From the NCBI GenBank assembly GCA_964187785.1, contig OZ076409.1, positions 81,966,001-82,030,000 of the forward strand: a stretch of 64,000 bases of DNA, read 5' to 3'. Positions 28,069-40,200 of this stretch are shown here, in pieces. This DNA comes from Amphiscolops sp. MND2022 (taxonomy: Eukaryota). How positions within the stretch are numbered: position 1 is the first letter of the stretch; each line of letters opens with the position of its first letter. A program made the position numbers and the translations under genes. The notes under the pieces were generated by a model. It had not been told where the DNA came from. It saw only the letters and a list, made by a program, of their open reading frames with translations, and ran no database searches.

Positions 28069-28517
28069 GGACCATGTCATCTATTCCCCCCCCCAGGTCA
28101 CCTTGTTGGGAATTACCCCTCACACGAAAACACATTTTGTTTTTGAATAAAAAATATTTCACTAATAAGAGAATATTATATGAATGTAAATGCTTAGAGA
28201 ATTGTCTCTACAACTGTTTGGATACTTCAGGCAAAAACATTACCCTAATTTTTTGATAATATTGTCCAAAATAGCAGAAATTCACGTTTGAAACAAGCTA
28301 AAATTGTATGAAAAGGCCCCTATTTTAGCGCAAAATTTGTCCGCTATAAAATCTAATGAGCAACTTTTAAATGACAGTCAATGTAATGGATAGGATTATG
28401 TCGACATCAATTACTTTATTGGACCAAAATTTCAACGCAAAAGATGTCAACATAATGGTATTTGAACCTTCTGTCTTATTCCCCCCGCCGCAGTTTGGGG
28501 GATAGATGACATGGTCC
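28069..28517. mobile_element. MITE with ~20-bp TIRs and 8-bp target duplication (Merlin-like)
   Basis: GGACCATGTCATCTATTCCCC at 28069 and GGGGATAGATGACATGGTCC ending at 28517; flanks GATATTGC / TATATTGC. Confidence 0.65.
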
Positions 28518-30569
28518 TATATTGCGCTTTGAAAATTTTCCAATCGTGTGTCTTCAGCTTTTTGGTATCCTAGTGTATGTTGACCTACTGAAGCATTTTC
28601 CACGCATAAGGTTTCATTTCACGGCTATTTTCATAATTGGCTTCAATTTCAAATAAGTGTCTGGTGTATCGCTGCCACTGGGCACACTGAAATATCGCGA
28701 ATGAATCACAAATAAGAATAAGATCATGGATTACTGGAGACCTATTCTGGAAAGCCAAGATCGTTGACCGAATCATGCATGGAAAAATGCTGATAATGGT
28801 TGAATTTCCACTTTCGGTATAAAGTTCTCTGTGGAAAAAATTTGTATGGTGAGTTTGATTTATTTTCGGGTATCCATCCCATTGATGAAATACATTTTTC
28901 GAAAATGTTAAATTCAAATCCGGGTCTTTTGAATTTGCTGGAGTCGATCAATTCGATAGCTTGCAATAAAGTTGCATTTGGAAAAGTCGAGTTAGCCGGT
29001 TGAAACTGGAAGAAAATCGCCCAGAATTTTTTTTCTTTTTTCAATTGATTCTAGTTTGGCAAAAGAAAAAATAGTCACTCATTTTATAATAGTGCTATAG
29101 CAACTTGGGAGTCCTAAAACCGATGGATTAATTTGAAAGTTTTCTTCTAATTCCACAGTTGATTTCGAAACGCAATTCCTCATAAATTATCAGTATGATT
29201 GAACATCTAGATTACGATGAAAAGTTTCCTACATCCTTTTTTTGCCCTGAATGGAAAACATGATTTTCGGCATAAAATTTGTATTAAATCATTGCTAAGA
29301 TGACGCATGATGCTCTGAGAATAATTTCATTAACACGTCGTTTTCTAGTATTTTTATTCAAACTAAACGTGCCAATAAACTTCCAGGGTATTCATCTTTC
29401 ATGAACTTTATAGTGAGAACTTTATAGAAAACTAAATTAATTTTTCTCCTAACGGTTCATTCAGTTTCAAGAAGGAGGATTATTGCATCCATGCCAAATA
29501 AATGCTCTCCCGTCGCGCTCGTTCACGCAGTAGTGTCATATGTTGCAGAAGTTGATTTTTAATGAATAAAATGCATTGCCAACTAAAACAAAAAAAATAG
29601 ACGATGTCCGCTCATTTTGACTCTAACTTACTCTTTCAAACTAATCTAATCATAATGCGTTTTTACATCGAATTCTCAATAGCGTCTGTGAAAGCGTTGA
29701 AAATTTGTAAATATGAGCGGAGAAAAACTCGTTTCGTTAGTAGTAGGGTTACGACGACTATCTAAAGAACTACTTCGATGAAACTATTGTTGGGTTTTGA
29801 GCAACTTTTTCAAACTTCAAACGAAAAACGTTGCCTGGGAAAAATTAACGACGAGCAGCTAGACCTTTGTGACCCACAGCAAGTCACCTTGATATCATAG
29901 CTTCAAGCTGACCACCAGTTGACCGCGTCGCTTCAACAAAGGTATTGTGGCTTGCTTTTTCATAATCACAAATGTGAAATCTCTGATACCGAGAAATTTT
30001 GTAATTGTAAGTTTGAGTGAGTCTGAGTAATCACAAAGTTCAACAGCAAAACAATTATCATTTTAATATTTTATTCTCAAGAGAAAATAATATTTTAAAA
30101 AATCAAAATTGGATACAATGACCAAAAAATATCAATTTTTTCATTTTTGTATTACTTTTTTCGCTACCGTTGAGCCTTGAGACCATATCGCTGCTCATTT
30201 AGTTCCGGTTGGAAAATCTCCCGCTGCTCAGCGGCTGTCTGTTTTCAAAAACACCGTGCAATTTTTCCACAAAATTTATTTAAAAATACCCTGGTAGCTG
30301 CCGAACAGAAAACGACTCAAGCAAACCGAAACTTCAGCACCATTATGGCCTTATTATTATCCAAATCAGACTTATAAAGACCAAAATTGGCACTGGGTAC
30401 CCAGTGTTCGAAGCCATGGCTTCCTTGCAAAGATCCATGTCCAAACTCGTCGCTTTAGACGTTATTCCCATTTTGCATTTGGATGTTATTCCTTAGACGT
30501 TATTCCCGGTCACCATGATATTCCCGGTATCCACGCATTCAAAGACAGGCCTTTCAGCTAGGGACACGG

Positions 30570-30780
30570 TCAATGACTGAAAATGGTTCAATCGAATTTT
30601 TGACATGATATCATTGGTAAGAACCATGACAAACCATGGTTGTCTTGTCAAGATCTTGCCATGATCTTGTCATGATCTTGACAAGCGTTCCATGTATCAC
30701 GAGTTGCCATGATCTTGACAAGTGTACCATAGTTAACCATGATTTAGCAAGAATAACCATGATCATGGCAACGTTGTGAT
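30570..30780. repeat. Interspersed repeat rich in CAAGATC/CATG short units; inverted copy at ~53400-53620, related array at ~58250-58395
   Basis: Recurrent CAAGATCTTGCCATGATCTTG units plus shared flank AAAATGGTT...ATCGAATTTTTGACATGA. Confidence 0.6.
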
Positions 30781-31328
30781 AGAGTATACAACTCAGCTGA
30801 CACAAGAAAGCCATACATGCTACGATCAGAAATTTGGCTGACGAACACCTAAAGGAAATAACTTTTAAACAGTTTCTTGACCGGTAGAAAAATTACGGTT
30901 TTTTTCAGTAACACGATCTAACATAACAGTTTTTTGAACCACAAATGTGAAATAAAGGCAAACCCGAAACGTACATAATAAGACCTATTGGAAACTCAGC
31001 GGAAAAGTAGCCAAGAAAAAACCAAGAATTTTTTGCACATCAGAACGTAGCGAATGTCGGATCTATCGTGAACGACGGCCAATTGAGAAAAAAATTAGTT
31101 GAAACGCCGAGGAAACGATCGAATCATTTGCCAAAGTATGAAAGATTACTTTTACTGAATAAGCAAAACAGCAACAACCGATAATTCAGATCCGCGGATA
31201 CGGAAAACACGAATAAAGGCATACCCAAATATTCCAGCTGAACTATCCACCTTTCTGCAATTTCTCAATTTGCAGTTCATACAGAACAAATTTCAAAAAT
31301 CAGTGTCTTGTTGATTGATTGGCTTTCT

Positions 31329-31528
31329 NNNNNNNNNNNNNNNNNNNNNNNNNNNNNNNNNNNNNNNNNNNNNNNNNNNNNNNNNNNNNNNNNNNNNNNN
31401 NNNNNNNNNNNNNNNNNNNNNNNNNNNNNNNNNNNNNNNNNNNNNNNNNNNNNNNNNNNNNNNNNNNNNNNNNNNNNNNNNNNNNNNNNNNNNNNNNNNN
31501 NNNNNNNNNNNNNNNNNNNNNNNNNNNN
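31329..31528. other. Assembly gap (200 N)
   Basis: Run of N. Confidence 1.
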
Positions 31529-33179
31529 GTAGTTGCACCATTCGTCTAGTATGAGCTTTACTCAAATGCTTGGGTAACACTCCTTCACTTTTGGCTTTTA
31601 ATCCAGTGTTTCCAGACAGATTTAATATTCTAATTCGATCGTTCCATCTTCTGTAAGTTAACTCCTTCATTGATTCCTGACTGTAATACAGGGGTGAGCC
31701 AAACCTTCTGCTATCGGCAATTAACTTCTTGATGATGGGTGAGTTGCTGTTATTAAAAAGGCAGTAAACGCGATCGTCTTGGTTTTGCTGGCTCACTTTG
31801 ATTGCGAATTTTGCCCCATGTGTTGCAATTTGAATATCAATGGGCACGTTATTTCCGATCAATTCTAATAGCTCCTTCTTCGGATTGTTTGTCGAACAGG
31901 TTGAAAGGTTTACAATTTCTGCCCAGAGTTGTGAGTTTCGGAATTTTTCACGGTTACCCCAAATGAAGGCCAAATATGTCCATTTAGGAACAACTATGGA
32001 TTGACATAGAGTCTTGAAAGTGTTGGGGCTAATCGATTTGTTGCTCAAATAACTTCTTTTGATGCTTTCGAATGTTTGTATTGCTCCGTTGGTTGCTGCA
32101 GTGTATTGCTGGCCAAAGTTCAGTTTGTCATCGATGATGACTCCAAGTACCTTCACTGCATCGGTGATTTTTATTTGGTGTCCTTCAAAGATCAGGCTGG
32201 CTTGGGTTTCAATTATGGTTGTCTTTTTGTCAAGAATCATTGCTGTAGTTTTGGTCAGAGACACTTGCATTCTCCAGTTATTCAGCCATGTAGCCAGAAC
32301 TTCGATGTTTCCTTGCATTACTTCCAGAGACTGTGCGGCGTTGAGTCCAGATGAGAGGATGGTGAGATCGTCAGCGTATTTAAAACTTCGCCCATCTATG
32401 TTGCAGCACATATCAAATACAAAAATATTAAAAAGTACAGGAGAGAGAACTGACCCTTGTGGTAGACCAATGACTGATTTGAACTCAGCACTTCTGAAGC
32501 CTTCAATTCGAATGTAGAAAGTACGTTCTTCTAAGAAATTTTTTATTAGACTCCAAATGTTACCATTAATTCCGAGATAATGCATCTTCAAGAGCAATCC
32601 ATGGATCCACACACTGTCGAATGCTTTCTCTAAATCAACCATTAGTGCTACTGGGACACTCTTGTTTGCCCAGCACTCTTCAATGTTTGCAACTAGGTCC
32701 GTGATATACCTTCCGGTAGATCTGTTCTTCATGAAGCCTTCTTGGAAAGAGTCTTCCAGATTATTTTCTCGTAAGAAGTTTGTGATGCGATTTTTTAAAA
32801 TGCGTTCCATCAGTTTACCAATGTAGGATGACTTAGTTATTGGTCTGAAGCTACTGCTGGTTAGGTACGAATCTTTCCCAGACTTTGGAATAAAGATGAC
32901 TTCGTTATTTATAAATGGCCATTTTTTGTCTTCCAGCACTCTGTTGAACAATGTTCGCAAAAGGTCTTTCATATTTGGTCCCATGTTTTTCAGGAGTGTT
33001 GGGTGCAGCTCATCAGGGTCAATGGATTTACCGTTTGTGTTCAACTCATCCAAAGCTTTGTCCACTTCGTAGGCAGTTATTTCCGTGACAGACTCATTTC
33101 CCTCCTCGTACATGTTAATGACATTAATCTGGTCAGAAACATCTTGGTAGAACTTCTCATTGAATGCGCCTTTTTTCAA
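31529..33179 (-). mobile_element. Non-LTR retrotransposon (LINE) ORF2 reverse transcriptase, 5'-truncated, 3' end in the gap
   Basis: Open frame with FRPIT..S..GKLMERI, QEGF, DLEKAFDSV, GLPQGSVLSPVLFNIF, YADD and LGVIIDDKLNF; no endonuclease domain upstream. Confidence 0.93.
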
Positions 33180-33399
33180 ATGTTGTGAAAAATGTGTGAA
33201 AAACTATTCAAAGAGTTAACCTCCTTTTAAGGAAAAATGTTTAATTTCAGTTTGGCCAGTTGGAAGAATAACTGGCAAATTTTCTAATTGAGATTTGATA
33301 ATGGGGGGATAGAATAGAATTGCAGCACCGAAGACTTTCTTTTATTGCTAATTTTTCTCGACTACAAAAATTCTAAAAGTTGGTCGTATGCAGAAAGAT

Positions 33400-35140
33400 C
33401 ACAAGAACGTTATTATCTTATTCCCTTTAGATCTTATTCCCGTGGGCACAAACTACGATCTAAGGAATAAGATCGAAACGCACTTCTGTAACTAAGATCT
33501 AAAGAACTAAGATCTAAATGTCATTTTTCGTAACTAAGATCTAGAGAATGCCAGCTCCCGAATCGTACCGAAAGTCTAAATTTCAGACGTTATTCCCGTT
33601 TTAATTTCCGTTATTCCCATTTTTTAGATGTTACGGTAAAGTATAAAATGCTTTAAAGTATAAAACGTGCCTCAGATATGTCCCAATTTCCTCTAGTGCC
33701 CTGCGGCCCCTTGGGGCCGCTTATGTTCCCATCTTGCTAAGCGAGGTCGAACAGGAGCAAAGACCTAGCGGGAACGGAGATCGCGAAGCGATCGTAGTGG
33801 GAGCTGGTCTTTGCGACGGTGAGGGCGAGCGTGCATACACCGTATATGACCCCACATTATTCCTTAGACGTTATTTTAATTCAATTTAGACCTTAGTTAC
33901 GGTGCATGCTTTTTAGATCTTAGTTCTTTAGATCTTAGTTACGAAATTTCTTTAGATCTTATTCCTTAGACCTTAGTTGCGGTCCCCCTTATTCCCCTTC
34001 TGAAATTTTAGATCTTATTCCCTTTAGATCTTATTCCCTTTTTTGATTTTAGATTTTATTCTTTAGATCTTATTCCCCCCTCCCGGGCGGGAATAACGTC
34101 TAAAGCGTCTAAATTTTACTCATTTTTCAAGAATAACGTCTAGAGATTTAGACGTTATTCCCGTTTTTTTTAGATGTTATTCTCAATTTTGAAATATTGT
34201 TTCTTGTGCTGAAAAGTTTTTCCCTTGCTCTAGTTTTCAAGAATGAACTATGAAATAATCGAAGGCCACGGAATACGAGCAAAAATCTATGTGTCTGATG
34301 GGTATTTGTACCTAAATCGAAAAAAAACGTCCAAAACATCAAAAAACTATGCAAATACGTCCGAAAAAAGGAATAACGTATAAAATCCAGAAAAAACGCC
34401 CAAAATATCCAAAAGTCATCAAAATACAACTGAGAAACGGGAAAAACATGAAATTGGAAAAAAATAAATCGTTTAAAATCTAAAACTAAATAGTGATTTA
34501 AAATATTTAAAACGTGCCTCGGATATGTCCCCATTCCTTCTAGTGCCCCGCGGCCCCTTGGGGTCGCTTATGTTCCCATCTTGCTAAGCGAGGTCGAACA
34601 GGAGCAAAGACCTAGCGGTAACGGAGATCGCAAAGCGATCGTAGTGTGAACTGGTCTTTGCGACGGTGAGGGCGAGCGTGCATACACCGCATATGCCCCA
34701 CATTTTGATATTTTCGCTTTCAGAAAGTCTTTTTCGAAACAGGAATAACGTCTAAAACTTTAGACGCTAGTCTCAAAAAATGATTTATTTTAGACGTTAT
34801 TCCCGTTTTGTATTTAGATGTTATTCCTTAGACGTTCTTCCCGCTGCCACGTGTTTTGATGATTTTTTGACATTTTAGACGTATTTGCCAATTTTAGACG
34901 TTATTCCCGTTTTTCAGACGTATTTTGATGGTTTTTTGACATTCTAAACGTATGTCAGTTTTAGACGTTATTGTTTTTAGACGTTATTCCGCTTTTTAGA
35001 CGTTATTCCACTTTTTAGACGTTATTCCCGGTTTTTCAGACGTTATTCCCGTTCATTAGATGTTATTTCGATTTTAGATGTTAGACGTTATTCCCGGTGG
35101 ACTTTTAGACGTTATTCCTTAGACGTTATTCCTGTTCCCC
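33400..35140. repeat. Degenerate minisatellite of (T)TTAGACGTTATTCCC / TTAGATCTTATTCC units in both orientations (also 30454-30510)
   Basis: Dozens of ~14-20 nt units visible, densest at 33900-34170 and 34790-35135. Confidence 0.85.
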
Positions 35141-35638
35141 GTTGCAATGTAGGGGCGGTAGGGGAAACGGAAATCGGACTAAAGAAATAGAACTAATGGA
35201 ATTAGGACTAACATGCTCAAAATTTCTGAAACGTTCATGTGAACTAGAACTAATTTTGTATTTTCTCAAACAGGAAATAGAACTAATTTGTTACGGGAAT
35301 TGGAACTAAAATTAGGAAGTAGAACTAATTTGTTACGGTAATTGGAGCTTAAAAAGTGGGAATAAGACCTAAAATGCGGAATGAGATCCAAGGGGAGAAC
35401 GGAATTGTATCTGAAGGAATAATATCTGAAGTTTTCAAAGTATAAAACGTGCCTCTGATATTTCCCCATTTCCTCTAGTGACCCGCGGCCCCTTGGGGCC
35501 GCTTATGTTCATCTTGCTAAGCGAGATCGAACAGGAGCAAAGACCTAGCGGGAAAGGAGATCGCGAAGCGATCGTAGTGGGAGCTGGTCTTTGCAACGGT
35601 GAGGGCGAACGTGCTTATACCGCATATGCCCCACATTA
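33661..35638 (+). repeat. Three direct copies of a ~197-bp GC-rich hairpin-forming unit (33661-33858, 34508-34704, 35443-35638)
   Basis: Each copy reads TAAAACGTGCCTC...GCGGCCCCTTGGGGCCGC...GCAAAGACC...GATCGCGAAGCGATC...GGTCTTTGC...CCCCACATT, with minor variants. Confidence 0.9.
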
Positions 35639-36217
35639 GGTGGGGAAATCATTCTAAGACATTTACGAATGATAATCTTTTGTTCTTGAATAATTCACTC
35701 TTAAAACAATTTACATGTGAAATTGACATAATGCGTCGCAAGGGGCATACTCGTTGTATGCATACTCGCCATCGGAGAGCAGCTGCCGCTCGATCGCTTC
35801 GCACTTTTCGTTCCAACTAGGTGTTTACTCGTGCTCGACTTCGAGACGACCGCTAGCGGCCGCCGTGCACTAGAGAACATGAGGCGTGGTCTAAAACTAA
35901 GATAGGGTGCCGGGGAATCTTAATATGTACAAAGGTCAAAAACAAGGTTTTAGATCTTATTCAAGTCCTGAATTTTTAGTTTTTATTCTGCACCTCCTAG
36001 TTTACAATACGATGACAAATGAAATGAGCTGGTTAATGGTTAATGAGCTTGTTAATGAAGCAAACGTTAAATGTCATGAATTTGAATGAATTAGTTTTTT
36101 GTCTGCCTTTTTCATGGTTTTTGTCATTTTGCAGATAGTTCATCAGAGATCGAAAATCTCTTGAGAACATTTTCATTTTTCCCTTGAACTGTACTTTTTT
36201 CAAAATTCCAGTTAGCA

Positions 36218-36601
36218 ATGGAAAACTTTGGATTATATTTCGACGACAACAACAAGCTTCGAGCACTGGAACCGGGAGTCCAGAAAGATTCAGTGGCCCT
36301 GAGCGATGGATGCAAAGAATTTCTGGATAAATTTGGAGACTTCAATGAAGTTGTATCAATTTGGATCAACTCGGTGGGAAAGCTGGCCGAAGAAATTGAG
36401 AAAACCAAAACAAAAGCAGTTGGCCAACAGAACCTCATAAAATCGATGGGAAAAGAAAGGGAAGTGAAGAAACAACAATTGCTCGATTTGATTCAAGATA
36501 AAAAGAAGCAGAAAAACAGGTTGGATGAAGAATTGGAAGGCCTGAAAAAAGAAGAACAAGCACAAGAGTCCTTCATCAAAAGATATAAAGACCAGCAATA
36601 G
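36218..36601 (+). CDS. IFT20: Intraflagellar transport protein 20 homolog (single coding exon)
   Basis: 127 aa; GLYFDDNNKLRALEP, CKEFLDKFGDF and KTKAVGQQNLIKS match IFT20 (GLHFDELNKLRVLDP, CKDFVDKIGQF, KMKAIGARNLLKS), followed by a coiled-coil C-terminus. Confidence 0.93.
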   Translation: MENFGLYFDDNNKLRALEPGVQKDSVALSDGCKEFLDKFGDFNEVVSIWINSVGKLAEEIEKTKTKAVGQQNLIKSMGKEREVKKQQLLDLIQDKKKQKNRLDEELEGLKKEEQAQESFIKRYKDQQ

Positions 36602-36894
36602 ATTCTACCAAACACATCAACAACCATCCTTCCTGATTCAACATTAGCCTTTACTTGTATTTTTGCATTAGTGTAATTTTATTTACCTTTATCACTTTTA
36701 TATAATTTGACTCACGATAAATTAAATTTCCAAAATCGACCTTTTGAAGCCACACGTTTACCCTAAAACGCCGATTCCTTGTAGGAATATACAGAGACTG
36801 CATTTGTTAGAAAAGATATTTACAGATTTCAACTTTCTTAGCCATATTTTTCTAGAAAATTTTGGGGATATCAATTCTGTTATTTAAAAAAATG

Positions 36895-37088
36895 AAAACA
36901 GTACCCATCCCATCTGGTAACAATAAAAAAATCTTGAAAATAGTTCCCATCCTATCTGATAACAATAAAAAACTTGAAAATAGTTCCCATCCCATCCGTT
37001 AACAATAAAAAAACTTGAAAATAGTTCCCATCCCATCTGGTAACAATAAAAAAACTTGAAAATAGTTCCCATCCCATTTGGTAACAAT
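36895..37088. repeat. Minisatellite, ~5 copies of a ~40-bp unit
   Basis: Unit AAAATAGTTCCCATCCCATCTGGTAACAATAAAAAAACTTG with small variants. Confidence 0.9.
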
Positions 37089-37241
37089 TAATGAACTTTC
37101 ATCTTCCATTTGATTAAGAGTTTAAGTTTCTAGTCAGAATTTTTAGTGAATGGATTTACTTGTTCCCTTTGTAAACGCACTTCTCAGATTTCAACCGAAT
37201 TAACTTAACGTCATCTCTGGTTTGTTTTTCAGACTGTTGGG

Positions 37242-40200
37242 ATGAGCAACCGTGTATCTCCCAGCGAAGAGAGGGCACAATCCAGGTAATCACCACTTCA
37301 AATTGCATTTCATGCTTTACATTTTCTGTAATATGTCTTAAAAGAGGTCCCTATTGTGCATATTATAAGCATTGTCCAGATTTTTAAAAAAAGAATCTTG
37401 TTTATGAAAATATTAATCTTGACCAAATGATATTTTCAAACTGGTGTCGAACCATTGTTTTCAAGGTATCAAAAATCCAAATTTTTATGTTATGATGTCA
37501 TCAGTTCTTCACATCCTTCGATTTATTCAGAGTGGTCTTGAAACTGAAGTTTGATTGGTCCGAATGCTATGAACCCCCTCTCCTTAAGCTGGAACATTCA
37601 TAGTTTCCAAACTGTTTACAAAGTTTTCTAGACTTCAAAAAAGTTAAATTATATTTTGGCATTATTTGAGTACTAACTTCAGTAAAATTCACTGAGTTTC
37701 TGAGAGTTACTAAAATTTCTGAGAACTACCATGTCTAATTTTTAAAAATCAACCATGATTTTTCCTCATATCTAGGCTAACACTCCATATGTGGTTTGTT
37801 CAGTGTACATTCACCTATCAAGTCACTCTAATAAGTTTACTAAAAATGAGTTTACTAAAAAGACGAACTGGCTCTCTTTTTTAAACTCTTCGGAGGCTTT
37901 TCTTATCTAGCGAGACTAAGCGACTATTGAAAAATTTCTAGAACTTGAAATATTCAAGAAAATATTCAAGCTTTTTCTCGGCTTTCAATATAAGCCCGGT
38001 TTTTGGGTCACCTTTCAATCTCTAGCATGATATAAGTCCAGTGTTAAGTTGATACTTTCGGCATTTGCGTACGAATGAAAATTTTCTTCAAAAAATGTTA
38101 AGGTTGGATCAGTAATAAATCTATTTCTTTTGCATTTCGTGAGATTTTGTAACAACCTGGAGAAAAAATTATAAAAGAATCAATTCATTTTTTTAAAAAA
38201 TGTTTTTGTTTCTGTCTTTTTTCCGCGGCGTTGCAAAAAAGGGTTAACCCTATTAGCAACCCTTTCTTAATAGCTTCTTCATATTAACTATTTGTTTATA
38301 GTTGTAGTTTTGTTTTAACGACAATCAGTCCCCTGTACGCATTTGTTTTTATTTGAAAATTTAAAAGCGAAAAAAAGATACGTTTCATGAAGGCTATAAT
38401 GTAAATTTTTACGATTTAAGAAACGTAAAAAAATTGTGGTGCCACTGCGCTGTCTACTTTTTACATGATCACAGCTTTTGTCACCTCTTCAACAACATTT
38501 AGGTTATCTGGAACGTCGGCACATGACGAAGAAGAGACAGCTGCTGGTACTCCTTTGGCGTCAGCGAGACCTGGATCTGGAAGGCCTGCGTCTGTGACGT
38601 CAGCCAGGTCAAATATCAGCAATCTCAGCGTGCAGAGCAAGCGAGACTCAGTCAGAACATTTAGTCGAAGGTCGTCTTTCAATGAGAACTCTACTTCCAA
38701 GCCTTCACCCACTGAAGCCAAGTCAAAGTGAGTTCGATGTTTATTCGAAGATGAACGTTTTTCTTCCGTGGTAGTAGGTGATAGTTTTAATCCAACGACT
38801 TTTTCCCATTGTATTCTTAATAGAAGTTTTGCAGTATTTTCTGTTACTGTGCATCTTCTTTCAATCGAGAGTATGTTGATTTGTTTGATTGGTGGAATTC
38901 GTTTACTTTCAATAGTTTATTATTTTCAGCCGCCCATTTTCTATATGGGAAAGGAAAATTAATCTAAAAGAATCTCTCATGGTTTTTTCTCAAATTTTGC
39001 CGTGTTCCAATTTTATGTTCAAAATACAGAGGTTCTTCCACAAAATCAACGACGAAAATTAGGGTTCATTGCGTAGGTGTTTGTGGAGATTATTTGAAAG
39101 CTATTACCAAAAGATGAAAAATTATATTTACTCGATTTTTCGAACTTTTATGCAATTTCACAGTTTTTAGTCGGAGCTTTTCGTTAAAAACGCAGACTAT
39201 AGCACTGGCTTTTTTAAGACCAACAAAGTGGTAGATTTCATAAGCTTTATAAGCTGAGCTGTTGCTTCCACTAACTGTCACACTAAACTTGTAACTTCTA
39301 CTGCCACTTGGCATAGAGGTTAATTAGGATTTTTTGAGGTCTGCTAAGCAGAAGGACGTGGGTTCGAGTCTCGCCCTTGACTAAAATTTTTTTGTCCATG
39401 TTATTTCGGCTTTGACACTTTTTTCGCAAATATTTTCAATGTCTCTAAAGGGTCCCCCTTCGATTTTTTTGTATCTGGCAACAGAATGGATGTTCAAAAA
39501 AATCCCAAAGGGTCCCCCTTTCACATTTTTTGGCACTATGCGACTTACCGGAGACTTCAAAAAATTTCGAAAAAAATAGGGAAGTTTTTTCCTCACTCGG
39601 GTACTGTAGAAGAGAATACTTGACACTTTGAAGTCTTTTTGCTATTTTTGAGCCTTAGATATGGCACCAACTTGGGCCGTTCCCGGCTTCTTCTGAATAG
39701 TTGCCTAAATAGTTCAGATCAGAAAAAATTCCGGTGCTCAGCGGGCGCCTTGTTTTTCAATTCGATTTGTGTGCGACCGTATTGAAATAGCTAAATGATG
39801 TTCGTTAAATGGATGAGTTAACGTTTGAGATTTCAAAAGTTTGGGAATATTCTTCGCTGCAACTGATGAGAATTCAATTTTAAGTTTAACCACTTTTTTG
39901 ATTTTTTCAGAGTTGTTTTTAGTCGGCGCTTTTATTAATAAAAGAGCCCGACTATTACAGTCACTCGTTTTTTCCCTTTTTTAAAGACATACTCGAAGCG
40001 ACGAACGTTAACGTTCAACTAAAGGAAACTAAATACCAGGGAAACGCATCTAAGTTATTTCAAAGGGTCCCCCCTTTGGTTGTTTTACTTTTTAAACGTA
40101 ACCTACAAAACCGGACCGGACTAAAGGGTCCCCCTTTCGATTTTTTTCGGCACTGTGCGACTTTTTCTCTAATATATTTTTGTCTCTAAAGGGTCCCCCC

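Noticed and set aside
16700..30400. Short ORFs and possible degraded transposase or LINE traces (e.g. ~24960-25260, ~26400-26900)
   Set aside because: No motif clear enough to name and no consistent exon chain; treated as old repeat-derived intergenic DNA.
31293..31554. ORFs spanning the N run
   Set aside because: Artefacts of translating the assembly gap.
36895..37088. CRISPR-like regular repeats
   Set aside because: Units are contiguous with no unique spacers, the context is eukaryotic, and no cas genes are present.
39305..39380. Functional tRNA gene
   Set aside because: A/B-box-like motifs are present but I could not fold a convincing cloverleaf, and it lies within a repeat.
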